Source: an uncultured delta proteobacterium (GTDB lineage: Bacteria; Desulfobacterota; WTBG01). Taken from it: 64,000 bases of DNA. The stretch lies in NCBI GenBank assembly GCA_963793865.1, contig CAWCBP010000004.1, positions 256,001-320,000 of the forward strand, in the 5' to 3' direction. The notes under the pieces are model-generated. The model was given only the letters and a program-made list of their open reading frames with translations. It did no database searches and was not told the DNA's origin. Within the stretch, counting starts at the first letter, position 1. Every line of letters begins with the position of its first letter. Made by a program: the position numbers and the translations under genes. Shown here one piece after another: positions 41,172 to 51,270 of this stretch.

Positions 41172-41858
41172 TCATTTACCAAAAACTTTCTTCAAAAGAT
41201 CCGTTGACCGCGCGGCGGGATTTCCCCTGATCATTTTTTCCTGCTGTCCAAGCATCAAAAAAAGACCATCGCCTGACTTCCGGGTCACATAATCATCAAG
41301 GTCAACCTCCATCCCGCGCATAAAAGGCATGGTCTTGGTCCTGCCCATAATGTTTTCATAAAGGCGGGTCGTGCCCACCTCGGACATGGTTGATGAGATG
41401 ATGGGCTTAAATTCCTTGTAAATCCTATCCGAGGTCTTCAGCTTAAAATAATCCGTCGCCGCGGTATCACCGCCATTAAGAATCTTCTGCGCGTCCTCAA
41501 GCTTCATGTTTTTTATGGCATCGGCAAATATGGAGGCTGCTTTCGGGGCCGCCTTCTCCGCCGCCCTGTTCATGCTGAGAATAAATGCATCGACCTGTTT
41601 CTGCATACCCGCCTTGCTCAGAGCGTCCGTTACCATGCGCATCTTTTCCGGCATCAGAATTTTAATCATTTTATTGCCGAAATATCCGTCTTGCTTCCCG
41701 ACAAGGGCAATTGCTTTTTCCGTGCTCAGGGCGAGCGCCTCTTTAAGACCTGATATTATGGTTGCCTGATCAAGTGCGGCTGTTGCGGAATGAGCAATCC
41801 ACAGCATGCCACTTCCGGCGGCCAGGACAAGCATGGTTTTATAAATTTTTCGTCTCAT
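41172..41858 (-). CDS. DUF4197 family exported protein
   Basis: GLKEAL, DGYFGN..IKILMP, SMNRAAEKA, DTAATDYF, IRGNPAARSTDLLKKVFG. Confidence 0.92.
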   Translation of the reverse strand: MRRKIYKTMLVLAAGSGMLWIAHSATAALDQATIISGLKEALALSTEKAIALVGKQDGYFGNKMIKILMPEKMRMVTDALSKAGMQKQVDAFILSMNRAAEKAAPKAASIFADAIKNMKLEDAQKILNGGDTAATDYFKLKTSDRIYKEFKPIISSTMSEVGTTRLYENIMGRTKTMPFMRGMEVDLDDYVTRKSGDGLFLMLGQQEKMIRGNPAARSTDLLKKVFGK

Positions 41859-41931
41859 GGGATTTTCTCCTTTGCGATTAACGGGTCAATGAATACTTTA
41901 TTGTTTCCATAGAAAGCTCATTTATTCAAGG

Positions 41932-41975
41932 ACAAAAAAACAGCCCCCAGCCTGCCAAGGCCAAGTGGCTATTTT
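41932..41975 (-). terminator. Intrinsic terminator
   Basis: Minus strand tagccacttggcct-tggc-aggctgggggctg-ttttttt. Confidence 0.6.
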
Positions 41976-42016
41976 GCAAAGGGAACATTCCCTCCCTATT
42001 AAGGGGAAACCAACAA

Positions 42017-42124
42017 TCAATGTCCTCCGCGTGCCGGCCGGAGGTAGTAGAGTTCTCTCGTAAGGTCCCTGTCCACATCGCCGCAGCCCATGGACATATG
42101 CCAAGCACCAACCGGTGACCCTGC
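42017..42124 (-). pseudogene. Orphan 3' tip of a DUF1566-type gene
   Basis: AGSPVGAWHMSMGCGDVDRDLTRELYYLRPARGGH-stop aligns with the C-terminus of the 6492 protein. Confidence 0.55.
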
Positions 42125-42126
42125 CG

Positions 42127-42699
42127 CTATTTATCTTTGAGTGCCGCTTTGATTTTAAGACCGAGCTGCCGTGCCTGTTCCATGATGTCGGGCTTTTCCC
42201 TGACATCGTCCATGCCCGCAATGGCCCCTACCTTGCCCACCACCTTTATCTCGCTGTAGGCAAGGAACTTCTCCATGACCTCCAATGTGTGTTCAATCCC
42301 GTGGCCTGCCACGGCCCCCACCACGGCGCCGGGCTTGCCTGCAAGGGGCTTCCTGCCGTGCATGGGATTGTCGGACTCCTTGCCGATCCCCATGTAGCCA
42401 AGCGCAATGCTTCTGTCCATCATGCTCTTCATCAATCCTGAAACTTCGCCGTAATAACAGGGGGAGCCGAGGACGATGGCTTCAGCGTCAAGGAGTTTCT
42501 TGTACAGGATGTTGGTCATCCCATCCTGCTGCCAGCAGTTGCCCTCGAACACGCAGCGCATGCACCCGGTGCAGTAGCCGGGGTTTATATCGATGAGCCA
42601 TATAAGCTCATTTTCAGCCCCTGTCGCTTTCAGTACCGCTTCAATGAGTGCGCCGGTATTTCCCTCTTTCCTTCCGCTTCCGCAGATGCCAAGTATCAT
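42127..42699 (-). CDS. Flavodoxin-like iron-sulfur flavoprotein
   Basis: GSGRKEGNT; CTGCMRC....C; LGSPCYYGEVSGLMKSMMDR. Confidence 0.9.
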   Translation of the reverse strand: MILGICGSGRKEGNTGALIEAVLKATGAENELIWLIDINPGYCTGCMRCVFEGNCWQQDGMTNILYKKLLDAEAIVLGSPCYYGEVSGLMKSMMDRSIALGYMGIGKESDNPMHGRKPLAGKPGAVVGAVAGHGIEHTLEVMEKFLAYSEIKVVGKVGAIAGMDDVREKPDIMEQARQLGLKIKAALKDK

Positions 42700-42766
42700 G
42701 GTGTGATCCTTTCAAGAGCAGCTTGAAAATTGCATTTTGGAATTTTTCATTCTCCCTAAAAAAATA

Positions 42767-42853
42767 TGGTGCCGGCGGAGAGGATCGAACTCTCATGGGC
42801 GTGAGCCCGCGGGATTTTGAGTCCCGTGCGTCTACCAGTTTCACCACGCCGGC
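42767..42853 (-). tRNA. tRNA-Leu (anticodon CAA), CCA encoded
   Basis: GCCGGCG acceptor stem, CGGGA-CTCAAAA-TCCCG anticodon arm, long variable arm, GTTCGA T-loop. Confidence 0.97.
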
Positions 42854-42960
42854 ACTGTGGAGGTGCAATGATAAATCAGTGTGCTCATACCAAATATCCA
42901 AATTGAATGCATCAGAACCATCTACATGACCATCAAAATCCAAATGCCTCAAGAGAATTA

Positions 42961-43062
42961 CGCGGCTGAAGCCGCTCCTACCGGTTTGTTGCAACTATGG
43001 TTCTCCTTGTCATTTGAACTTTGAACTTCATTTGTCATTTGGGCCTTGGCATTTGTCATTTC
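42961..43062. repeat. Composite repeat: single REP plus 7-nt periodic TTTGxxA tail (copies at 43800-43893 and inverted at 45970-46080)
   Basis: cgcggctgaagccgctcctaccgg...tgtcatttgaactttgaacttcatttgtcatttg. Confidence 0.8.
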
Positions 43063-43074
43063 TCTAATAATTAT

Positions 43075-43516
43075 TTTCTCTTTGATAAGAGAATGGACGA
43101 ATTGGGGCAGTATCAGCATCAATGGGTCAGTTCCTATAGCCTCCTGAGGAGCATAACCTTTTACAATTGCTCTCCACGGTACCGGAATCATGGTCTTCAA
43201 TATCATTCTAAGCCAATGTTTAGTCCGTAACCGCAAAACCTGGGTTCCTTGGCCATTACCTTTTTAATATGGCAATCGTCGTTATTTTGTCGCTGATAAA
43301 TCTTTTTTCGATCAAGGGTATTACGGCGCCATCAGCCTCCATATAATTGGCGCCTATGCTCGTGCCGGAACGAACCAGCTGCGAGATTAGCTCATTATTA
43401 ACGATACCCTTGGGCAAATGATTTAAACAAAATCGATTACCTGTTCTCCAAATGAGAGCAGTTCTTTCTTCAAGATCATAAACTTTTTTTTCATTTGGGC
43501 TTTGACATTGAGCCAT
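43075..43516 (-). pseudogene. Four-helix-bundle protein (TIGR02436 / 23S rRNA IVS protein-like), multiply disrupted
   Basis: YDLEERT, QLVRSGTSIGANYMEADGA, TKHWLRMI found in different frames. Confidence 0.8.
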
Positions 43517-43943
43517 TTGAAAAGCACTTCATAGGAGTATTAATAGTGGGCTTTGGAACCTGTCATTTCACTCTTTATCAGCAAAAGACCGCTTACCTAC
43601 TAATCTAATGTTATAAATATTCAAATGTCAAACATCCAAAGGTTCAAGAAAAAATAGCCCCCTTAATTTTTCCGTTTAGCGCTTTGAAATTTGTTATTCT
43701 GCAGCAGAATAACCTGCCACCGCACTACATAATCATTTCCCTACCTTGCGCCCAAATGCCCTTTTTTCATTTGAGCTTTGGTATTTGTCATTGCACATAT
43801 TTCGCGGCTAAAAGCCGCTCCTACCGGGTCGGTCGCTTTGTCCATTTGAACTTTGAAATTCATTTGGTATTTGGGCTTTGAAATTTGTCATTTCCTTAAT
43901 TAATGTAAAAACGCCGCTTCTGTCAACACAAAAGTAATCGCCC

Positions 43944-45945
43944 CTATCCCGCGCGGTACTGCAGCTCCATTTGCTCCAGCCTTTTGATCTCATCGCGGAG
44001 CTCGGCTGCCCGCTCGAACTCCAGCTCCCTCGCCGCCGCCTGCATCTGCTTCTGCAGCCTCTTGATCTTTTTAATAATATCATCCACCGAAGCATATTCC
44101 TCCACCTCCTCAGCCGCAAGGGAGACCGTGTAGTAGTCCGCTTCGTAGACGGAGCTCAGAACGTCCTGCACTGATTTCTTAATGCTCTCAGGGGTTATGT
44201 TGTGCTCACGGTTGAAGTTGTCCTGGATGATCCTGCGACGGTTTGTCTCATCAATGGCCCTCTTCATGGACTGGGTCAGGGTGTCCGCATACATGAGCAC
44301 CCTGCCTGAAAGGTTTCTGCGCTGCCCGCCCGCAGGTCTGGATAAGCGACCGCTCCGAGCGCAGGAAGCCCTCCTTATCCGCGTCCAGTATGGCAACCAG
44401 GGAAACCTCCGGGAGGTCCAATCCTTCCCTCAGGAGGTTGATGCCGATCAGCACATCAAAGGCGCCGAGCCTCAGGTCCCGTATGATCTGCACCCGCTCC
44501 AGGGTATCGATATCAGAGTGGAGGTACTTCACCTTGAGCCCCAGGTCAGCGTAGTACTCGGTCAGGTCCTCGGCCATGCGCTTGGTGAGGGTTGTCACCA
44601 GCGTTCGCTCCTGCCTCTCCACCTGCTTCTTCACCTCAGCCAGAAGGTCATCCACCTGGTTCGTTGCCGGCCTCACCTCAACCGCGGGATCAATCAGCCC
44701 CGTGGGCCTGATAATCTGCTCGACAACCTTTCCCTTACTCTTCTGCAGTTCATACGCGCCGGGTGTGGCGGAGACATACACCACCTGGTTTACTTTCCGT
44801 TCGAATTCCTCAAACGTAAGCGGCCTGTTGTCAACCGCCGATGGCAGGCGGAAGCCGTACTCAACCAGCGTTCCCTTGCGGGAGCGGTCTCCCCGGTACA
44901 TGCCGTTAAGCTGGGGGATGGTTATGTGGCTTTCGTCGATGAAGAGCAGGAAATCGGCGGGAAAGTAGTTCAGCAGCACCGCCGGCGGATCCCCGGGCTT
45001 CCGGCCATCCAGGTGGCGCGAGTAATTCTCTATGCCCGTGCAGTAGCCCATCTCTTCTATCATTTCCAGGTCGAACCGGGTCCGCTCCTTCAGCCGCTGC
45101 TCCTCGAGCAGCTTGTTCTGTGCGTGCAGCTCCACCAGCCGGGCCTTGAGCTCCAGGCGAATGGAGCGGACGGCCGCCTCGAGGCGCTCTTTGCCGGTCA
45201 CGTAATGGCTGTTGGGATAGATGGGTATCTTATTGAGCTTCCGCAGAACCTTTCCGCGCAGCGGATCGATCTCCGAGATGCCGTCCACGGTATCGCCGAA
45301 GAACTCAACCCGGATGGCCCTGTCCTCCTCATAGGCGGGAAAGATTTCCACCACGTCACCCCGCACCCGGAAGGTGCCCCGGCTGAAATCGTAATCATTG
45401 CGTTCGTACTGTATCTCCACCAGCCGCGAGAGCACCTCGTCCCGGGAAACCTCCGCCTGCCTCTGGAACAGAACCAGCATGTTCTTGTACTCCTCGGGAG
45501 ACCCCAGCCCGTAGATGCAGGAAACGCTGGCCACGATGATCACGTCCCTCCGCTCAAACAGCGAGTGGGTGGCGGCGTGCCGCATCTTGTCGATGGTGTC
45601 GTTTATGGAGGCGTCCTTGGCGATGTAGGTGTCGGTCGTGGGCAGGTATGCTTCAGGCTGGTAATAATCGTAATAGCTGACAAAAAACTCGACCGCGTTT
45701 TCGGGAAAGAGCTCCTTGAACTCCCCGTAGAGCTGCGCGGCCAGGGTCTTGTTGGGGGCAATGACCAGTGTCGGCTTCTGCACCTGTTCCACCACCTTGG
45801 CCATGGTGAAAGTCTTTCCTGAGCCGGTCACGCCCAGGAGCACCTGGTGCCTGTCCCCCTGCTCGATGCCCCTGCTCAATTTTTCTATGGCCTGCGGTTG
45901 ATCACCCTGGGGGGTAAAGGAGGAAACGATGGTAAAAGGAGGCAT
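43944..45945 (-). CDS. uvrB: Excinuclease ABC subunit B (frameshift near 44320)
   Basis: [45 protein letters not shown]-terminal [11 protein letters not shown]. Confidence 0.97.
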
Positions 45946-46148
45946 TGAGGCGACCTGAAAAATAAGGGAAGAAATGACAAATGTCTCAAAGCTCAAACGA
46001 CAAATGAAGTTCAAAGTTCAAGTGACAAAGAAAACCGTGGTTGCGCCGAACCGGTAGGAGCGGCTTTTAGCCGCGAAATATCTCCTGAGTCATTTGGATT
46101 TTGACATTCATTTGAACTTTGGATTTGGTCATTTGGCATTTTCAAAAT

Positions 46149-47619
46149 TCAGTTTTTTCCTACCTTCCATGTCGTTCCCTGTGGCGCTGTCCTCAAGGAT
46201 GATGCCCTTGCTTAAGAGCTCATCCCGGATCTCGTCGGCCCTTTTCCAATTCTTCTGGGCACGGGCGGCCTTTCGCTCCTCGATGTAGTTGAGTATCTGC
46301 TCCTCGCTCAAGGCAACATCCTTCATACCCTCATCCTGCTTCTGCCTGAAATATTCAGCCGGGTCTGTGGTCAGGATACCGAGAACGGCCCCCAGCCTCG
46401 TGAAGGCTGCAAGGCCCTCTTCCAGAAGTGCGGGTGGAAAACCCGCGGCAGCATCCTGTTTGGCCTCCGCGAACAACCGGTTGAGGTCACGGGTCGCGCG
46501 CTGAAGCACTCCCAGGGCGGCTGCGCTATTAAAATCATCGTCCATGGCCTTCTCGAACTGCTCCGGCAGCGATCGTACAATCTCCTCCATTTCTTTCGTG
46601 CCCGCGGCAGGCGATCCTTTAATCTCGCCTTTCATTTCCTTTAAATCCTTGAGCAGCGCGTACAGGCGGTCCAGGGCCTGCTGGGCTTCGCGCAGGCTCT
46701 GCTCGGAAAAATCCACCGGACTGCGATAATGATTGGAGAGCAGAAACAGCCTCACCGCTTCGGGATGGCAGTAGCCCAGGATCTCCCGGATGGTGGAAAA
46801 ATTCTTGAGAGACTTGGACATCTTCTCCTGGTTTATGGTGACAAACCCGTTGTGAATCCAGTAGCGGACAAACGGCTTTCCCGTGGCGCCCTCCGCCTGG
46901 GCAATCTCATTCTCGTGGTGGGGAAAAATCAGGTCAGCCCCTCCCCCGTGGATGTCAAAGGTTTCTCCCAGAAAATGCTGGCCCATGGCGGAGCACTCGA
47001 TGTGCCAGCCGGGCCTCCCCTTGCCCCAGGGGCAATCCCACGCCGGCTCGCCGGGTTTGCTTGCCTTCCACAGGGCAAAATCCAGGGGATCCTTCTTCCG
47101 GTCATCAACCTCCACCCGGGCGCCCGCCTGCAGCTGCTCAGTGTTCTTCCCCGACAGCTTTCCGTACGGCCCGAACTTTGAAACCGCGTAGTACACGTCG
47201 CCTTCCACTTCGTAGCCGTACCCGTTTTCAACCAGCCGCTCTATCAGCCGGATCATCCCCGTGATGTGCTCCGTCGCGCGCGGCGTGTGTGAAGGAGTCT
47301 CGACATTCAGCGCCGCCATGTCCCGGTCATACTCGGCAATGTAGCGCTCGGCAATCTCCCTGGCGCTCACCCCTTCCTGATTGGCCTTGTTGATTATTTT
47401 GTCATCGACATCGGTATAATTTCTCACGTAGGTTACATCGTATCCCTTGAATTTCAAGTACCGGTAGATAATGTCAAAAACGATGGCCGCCCGTGCGTGC
47501 CCGATATGGGAAAGGTCATACACGGTCACCCCGCAGACATACATTCCCACCTTGCCCTCTCTGAGCGGCTGAAAGGGTTCCTTTTTGCCGGTCATGGTGT
47601 TGTAAATGGTAAGTGCCAT
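46149..47619 (-). CDS. cysS: Cysteine--tRNA ligase (indel in last codons)
   Basis: YVCGVTVYD, HIGH, GRPGWHIECSAM, KMSKS. Confidence 0.97.
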
Positions 47620-47659
47620 CAGCAAATCCTCGTGGTGATGATTAGTGTAAAATTTCCCC

Positions 47660-47860
47660 GTCATTTGAAATTTGAACTTCGATTGGGCATTTGTCATGCC
47701 AAGGTGCCGTAATGTCAAATGTCAAAACCCAAAGTTCAAATCAATGACAAAATCAAAATGTCTAAATGGCTCTTTTTTAACTTTGAACTTCATTTGGCAT
47801 TTGGACTTTGAAATTTGTCATTATCCTCACTGAAACACCAAATGACAAAATCCAAATTTT
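47660..47860. repeat. Alternating-orientation arrays of 7-nt periodic repeats between cysS and ispF
   Basis: catttgaaatttgaac / aatgtcaaatgtcaaaacccaaagttcaaatc / ctttgaacttcatttggcatttggactttgaaatttgtcatt. Confidence 0.8.
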
Positions 47861-47885
47861 TCCCTCGAAATGACACAAAGCAGGA

Positions 47886-48380
47886 TTATGACACAGCCTC
47901 CGGGGCCGCCTTCATCAGAACCACCGCGTGCGCGGAGATGCCCTCTCCCCGCCCGATGGGCCCCAGACCCTCGGCGGTGGTGGCCTTAATGCTGACCCGG
48001 TCTGATGGGATGCCGGAAACGTGCGCTATATTTTCGCGCATCTTCCCGGTGTATGCCGCGACTTTCGGCCGCTCCGCAACCAGTGAAACATCGATATTGC
48101 CGACCGCATAACCCTTTTCCTTTGCCAGCTTTACAACCCCCCTTAAAAGCTCCAGGCTGGCAATGTCCTTAAAGCGGCTGTCGGTATCAGGAAAGTGCAC
48201 GCCGATATCACCCAATGCCAGGGCGCCGAGGATCGCGTCGCATACCGCGTGCAGCAGCACATCAGCATCCGAGTGCCCGTACAGCCCCCGCTCGAACGGC
48301 ACATGTACACCGCCCAGCATGAGCTTTCTGCCCTCAACCAGCCGGTGAACATCGTAGCCATAACCAATTCGCACGGACAT
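47886..48380 (-). CDS. ispF: 2-C-methyl-D-erythritol 2,4-cyclodiphosphate synthase
   Basis: RIGYGYDVH, GHSDADVLLHA, GDIGVHFP, KATTAEGLG. Confidence 0.97.
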   Translation of the reverse strand: MSVRIGYGYDVHRLVEGRKLMLGGVHVPFERGLYGHSDADVLLHAVCDAILGALALGDIGVHFPDTDSRFKDIASLELLRGVVKLAKEKGYAVGNIDVSLVAERPKVAAYTGKMRENIAHVSGIPSDRVSIKATTAEGLGPIGRGEGISAHAVVLMKAAPEAVS

Positions 48381-48471
48381 TTTTCTTCGTGCTCTCCGTA
48401 GTTAGTATTATTGTTTCGTGTGCTTCGTGGTTGCGTTTGAGGGGTCAGGGTACAGGGAACAGGGTGTAGGG

Positions 48472-49191
48472 CTAAAGACCGACTCCTGCATCATTCGTCT
48501 TCTGCGACCTTCTCCTCAATATCATCTCCCCCACAGCCAGGTCTTCCGGGGTGGTAATTTTGATGTTTTCGTAAGAGCCTTCAACCACCTTGACCGGCAG
48601 GCCCAGCCGCTCCACCAGAGAGGCCTCATCAGTGGCATAAAAACCATCCTCCATGGCCTGGCGGTACGCCCTGCGCAAAACGTCACGCTTGAACGTCTGC
48701 GGAGTCTGTACCAGGAAGACGCTCTTTCTGTCCGGTGTCTTCAGCACCATATGTTGATCGGAAACCAGCTTGACCGTGTCCTTGGCCGGCACTGCGGCAA
48801 TGCTCGCGCCGCAGTCAATCGCCCCCTCGATGGAGCGCGCCAGCATCTCCTGCGAAATAAAAGGCCGCACACCGTCATGCACCATCACCAGGTCGCAATC
48901 ATCCTGAACCGTCCTGAGCCCCTCCCACACCGAGTCCTGGCGCTGCACGCCGCCCGCGAGTACGGCGCCCACTTTTTGGAGCCTGAACGCCTCAACCACG
49001 GATGCCCGCGCGCGCTCAATTTCACCGCTCTCCACTATGAGCACTACCTCATGAATCAGCGGGCAGCGCTCAAGCTCCAGGAGGGTATGAGCGAGAATGG
49101 GCTTTCCCTGCAGCAGAAGATAGGGCTTGCTGTGGGCACCGCCCATTCTTTTCCCCTGCCCGGCGGCAGGGATGAGGGCAACGCATTTCAT
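48472..49191 (-). CDS. ispD: 2-C-methyl-D-erythritol 4-phosphate cytidylyltransferase
   Basis: PAAGQGKRM, GGVQRQDSV, HDGVRP, QTPQ, NIKITTPEDL. Confidence 0.97.
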   Translation of the reverse strand: MKCVALIPAAGQGKRMGGAHSKPYLLLQGKPILAHTLLELERCPLIHEVVLIVESGEIERARASVVEAFRLQKVGAVLAGGVQRQDSVWEGLRTVQDDCDLVMVHDGVRPFISQEMLARSIEGAIDCGASIAAVPAKDTVKLVSDQHMVLKTPDRKSVFLVQTPQTFKRDVLRRAYRQAMEDGFYATDEASLVERLGLPVKVVEGSYENIKITTPEDLAVGEMILRRRSQKTNDAGVGL

Positions 49192-49197
49192 CCGCGT

Positions 49198-50229
49198 TTA
49201 CCTGTCAGAGTTGGAGGAATTTTCAGCCGATTTCCTGCTCTTGAGCTCGGTAAAAATCATTCTTCCCGCCGTCGTTTGCAGGACGCTGGTAACGGTAACA
49301 TCGGCATTTCTGCCCATAAACCTTCTTCCGTTTTCCACCACCACCATGGTGCCGTCGTCAAGGTAGGCCACACCCTGGCCCTGCTCCTTCCCTTCCCGCT
49401 GAATGAAAACATTCATCTGCTCACCGGGGAGCACAACCGGACGCAGGGCCGTGGCCAGCTGATTGACATTGAGCACCGGGACGCCCTGCAGCTCCGCCAC
49501 CTTGTTGAGGTTAAAATCGTTGGTAATAATCTTCCCTTCCATCTTTTTGGCCAGGGCGACCAGCTTGGCATCAACCTCTTTTATCTTGGGAAAGTCCTGG
49601 TCGATAATCTTGACCTCAACATCCACCTGCTTCTGAATCTTGTTCAGGATATCCAGGCCCCGCTTTCCCCTGACCCGTCTCATCGAGTCCGAGGAATCTG
49701 CAATGTAGAGCAGCTCCTGCAGCACAAACTGGGGAATGATTAATGTGCCTTCAACAAAGCCGGTTTCAAAAATGTCCGCTATTCTCCCGTCGATGATGGC
49801 GCTCGTATCCATGACCTTGATGTTCTGGTTCCCGGCCGCGCCACGCAAGCCGCCGGACCTGGTTTTCACCAGCTCATCCGCCTTGCCGACGCCAATGGCC
49901 AGGCCCAGAAAACCGAGCAGGACATTGAGCATGAGGTAGATGGTGAAGCTGATGAGCGCGTTTCCCGGATAGTGAAAAAGAAGTGCAAAGGAAGAAAGAT
50001 TGGCCAGTACCAGGCCCGTGGCAAAACCTGCAACACCTCCTGCAACTACCCTCAAGGGGGTCTTTTTGACCTTATGCTCAATGAGCATTGCGACAGCCGC
50101 CAGGGCGATTCCCGCCAGTCCTCCCAGCAGGGCAAAATTTGTTGTCTTGAACAGCCCCCGGAAGAGAAAAGCACCGACCGCGGCAGCACAAAAAGCCAGC
50201 ACGCATCTGAAAACTATCATTGTGTTCAC
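49198..50229 (-). CDS. Membrane PIN/TRAM domain protein (YacL-like)
   Basis: DTSAIIDGRI, TNDFNLNKVA, QGVAYLDDGTMVVVE, LQTTAGRMIF. Confidence 0.93.
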   Translation of the reverse strand: MNTMIVFRCVLAFCAAAVGAFLFRGLFKTTNFALLGGLAGIALAAVAMLIEHKVKKTPLRVVAGGVAGFATGLVLANLSSFALLFHYPGNALISFTIYLMLNVLLGFLGLAIGVGKADELVKTRSGGLRGAAGNQNIKVMDTSAIIDGRIADIFETGFVEGTLIIPQFVLQELLYIADSSDSMRRVRGKRGLDILNKIQKQVDVEVKIIDQDFPKIKEVDAKLVALAKKMEGKIITNDFNLNKVAELQGVPVLNVNQLATALRPVVLPGEQMNVFIQREGKEQGQGVAYLDDGTMVVVENGRRFMGRNADVTVTSVLQTTAGRMIFTELKSRKSAENSSNSDR

Positions 50230-50447
50230 CTCCTTTCATCAGTGACGTAATACCTATAAAAGCACAGCTTCAAGGTGTGGCGCATTGCCACACCCGTCGT
50301 AAAAAGCATCTCCACCTGCATAACCGCGCTATATGATGTAATCCGTGGGAAAAAGATTCGTCGTTCGAGGGGAGTAAAATCATTTTTTTGAAGAGCTGCA
50401 CGTGTGAGAGGAAAGCAGAAATTTCAGGTCAGGCGAGGGGTAAGGCT

Positions 50448-50930
50448 TCAGTAGTCGAAAATTCTTTTCAGCTCTTTTTCAATGGTCTTCTCAGAGCTGT
50501 TCTTCACGATGGAAAGCTCTTTAATCAGCAGGTTTCTTGCCGTATCCAGCATCCTCCGCTCGCCGAACGAAAGGTCTTTATCCAGCCTCAGCAGGAACAG
50601 ATCACGCAGCACACCCGCAACTTCAAAGATGGAACCGGTTTTAATTTTATCAACGTATTCACGGTATCTTCTGTTCCAGGTCTGGGAATCAATCTCTATG
50701 TCTTTCTTCTTTAAAATCTTATAAACCTTGGACACCTGGTTCTCGGCAATCACTTCCCTGAGCCCCACGGAATCGGCATTCTTGGTAGGAATCATTATGG
50801 TCATGCCGTTGCCCAGTACCCTGAGAACATAAAACGTGTGCTTATCGCCTGAAATCTCTTTACTTTCTATGGACTCTATGACGCCCACACCGTGCGTTGG
50901 ATAAACCGCCATATCTCCCACTTTGAACAC
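50448..50930 (-). CDS. carD: CarD/CdnL family transcription factor
   Basis: FKVGDMAVYPTHGVG, WNRRYRE, LSFGERRML. Confidence 0.93.
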   Translation of the reverse strand: MFKVGDMAVYPTHGVGVIESIESKEISGDKHTFYVLRVLGNGMTIMIPTKNADSVGLREVIAENQVSKVYKILKKKDIEIDSQTWNRRYREYVDKIKTGSIFEVAGVLRDLFLLRLDKDLSFGERRMLDTARNLLIKELSIVKNSSEKTIEKELKRIFDY

Positions 50931-51270
50931 GCCGATTTACCTCCTCCGGTTGTTATATCAAAGATTCAATCAAACCACACCGATAATGAATTATACACGT
51001 ATTGAGCGTTTTAAGCAACCAAAATTATTTTATTTATTATTCAATTGCAGACTCAAAGTGGGGGTTTACATGGATGAGGCCACCCTTAAAATAAAAGTCA
51101 TTATAAATCAATTGGTAATAACCCATAGCGGCTCTGCGCCGTATGAAAATACAACGGATTGCCGCTGGAGTTCACCCCTGGGTTAACAGGGTAAATGAAA
51201 GAAAAACCGCTCTGAGAGCGGTTTCATGAGGCAGAACCATGCACCTTGATAAAAAACTCTTATTAATCAA

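Noticed and set aside
41932..42124. 6S RNA or riboswitch in the ~190-nt intergenic stretch
   Set aside because: No rod-like end-to-end pairing or known aptamer core; better explained as a DUF1566 3' fragment plus terminator.
42767..42853. Integrative island anchored at tRNA-Leu
   Set aside because: Accessory genes lie downstream, but no integrase or duplicated tRNA 3' end was noticed in the window.
42900..42950. DFDGHVDGSDAF peptide on the minus strand resembling the dockerin-like tag
   Set aside because: Too short, partly made of the local catttggattttga repeat, and the ORF runs through the tRNA; could be a relic but unsupported.
6492..43516. Diversity-generating retroelement (DUF1566 and FISUMP CLec targets plus an Avd-like four-helix bundle)
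   Set aside because: No reverse transcriptase, and no template/variable repeat pair with adenine-specific mismatches was seen; FISUMP paralog differences are not adenine-restricted.
44182..45822. 546-aa plus-strand ORF and similar long antisense ORFs over the nuo genes
   Set aside because: Shadow frames of GC-rich, well-recognised minus-strand genes; no motifs.
42961..47860. CRISPR array
   Set aside because: Repeats are degenerate 7-mers and REPs without constant repeat-spacer periodicity; no cas genes.
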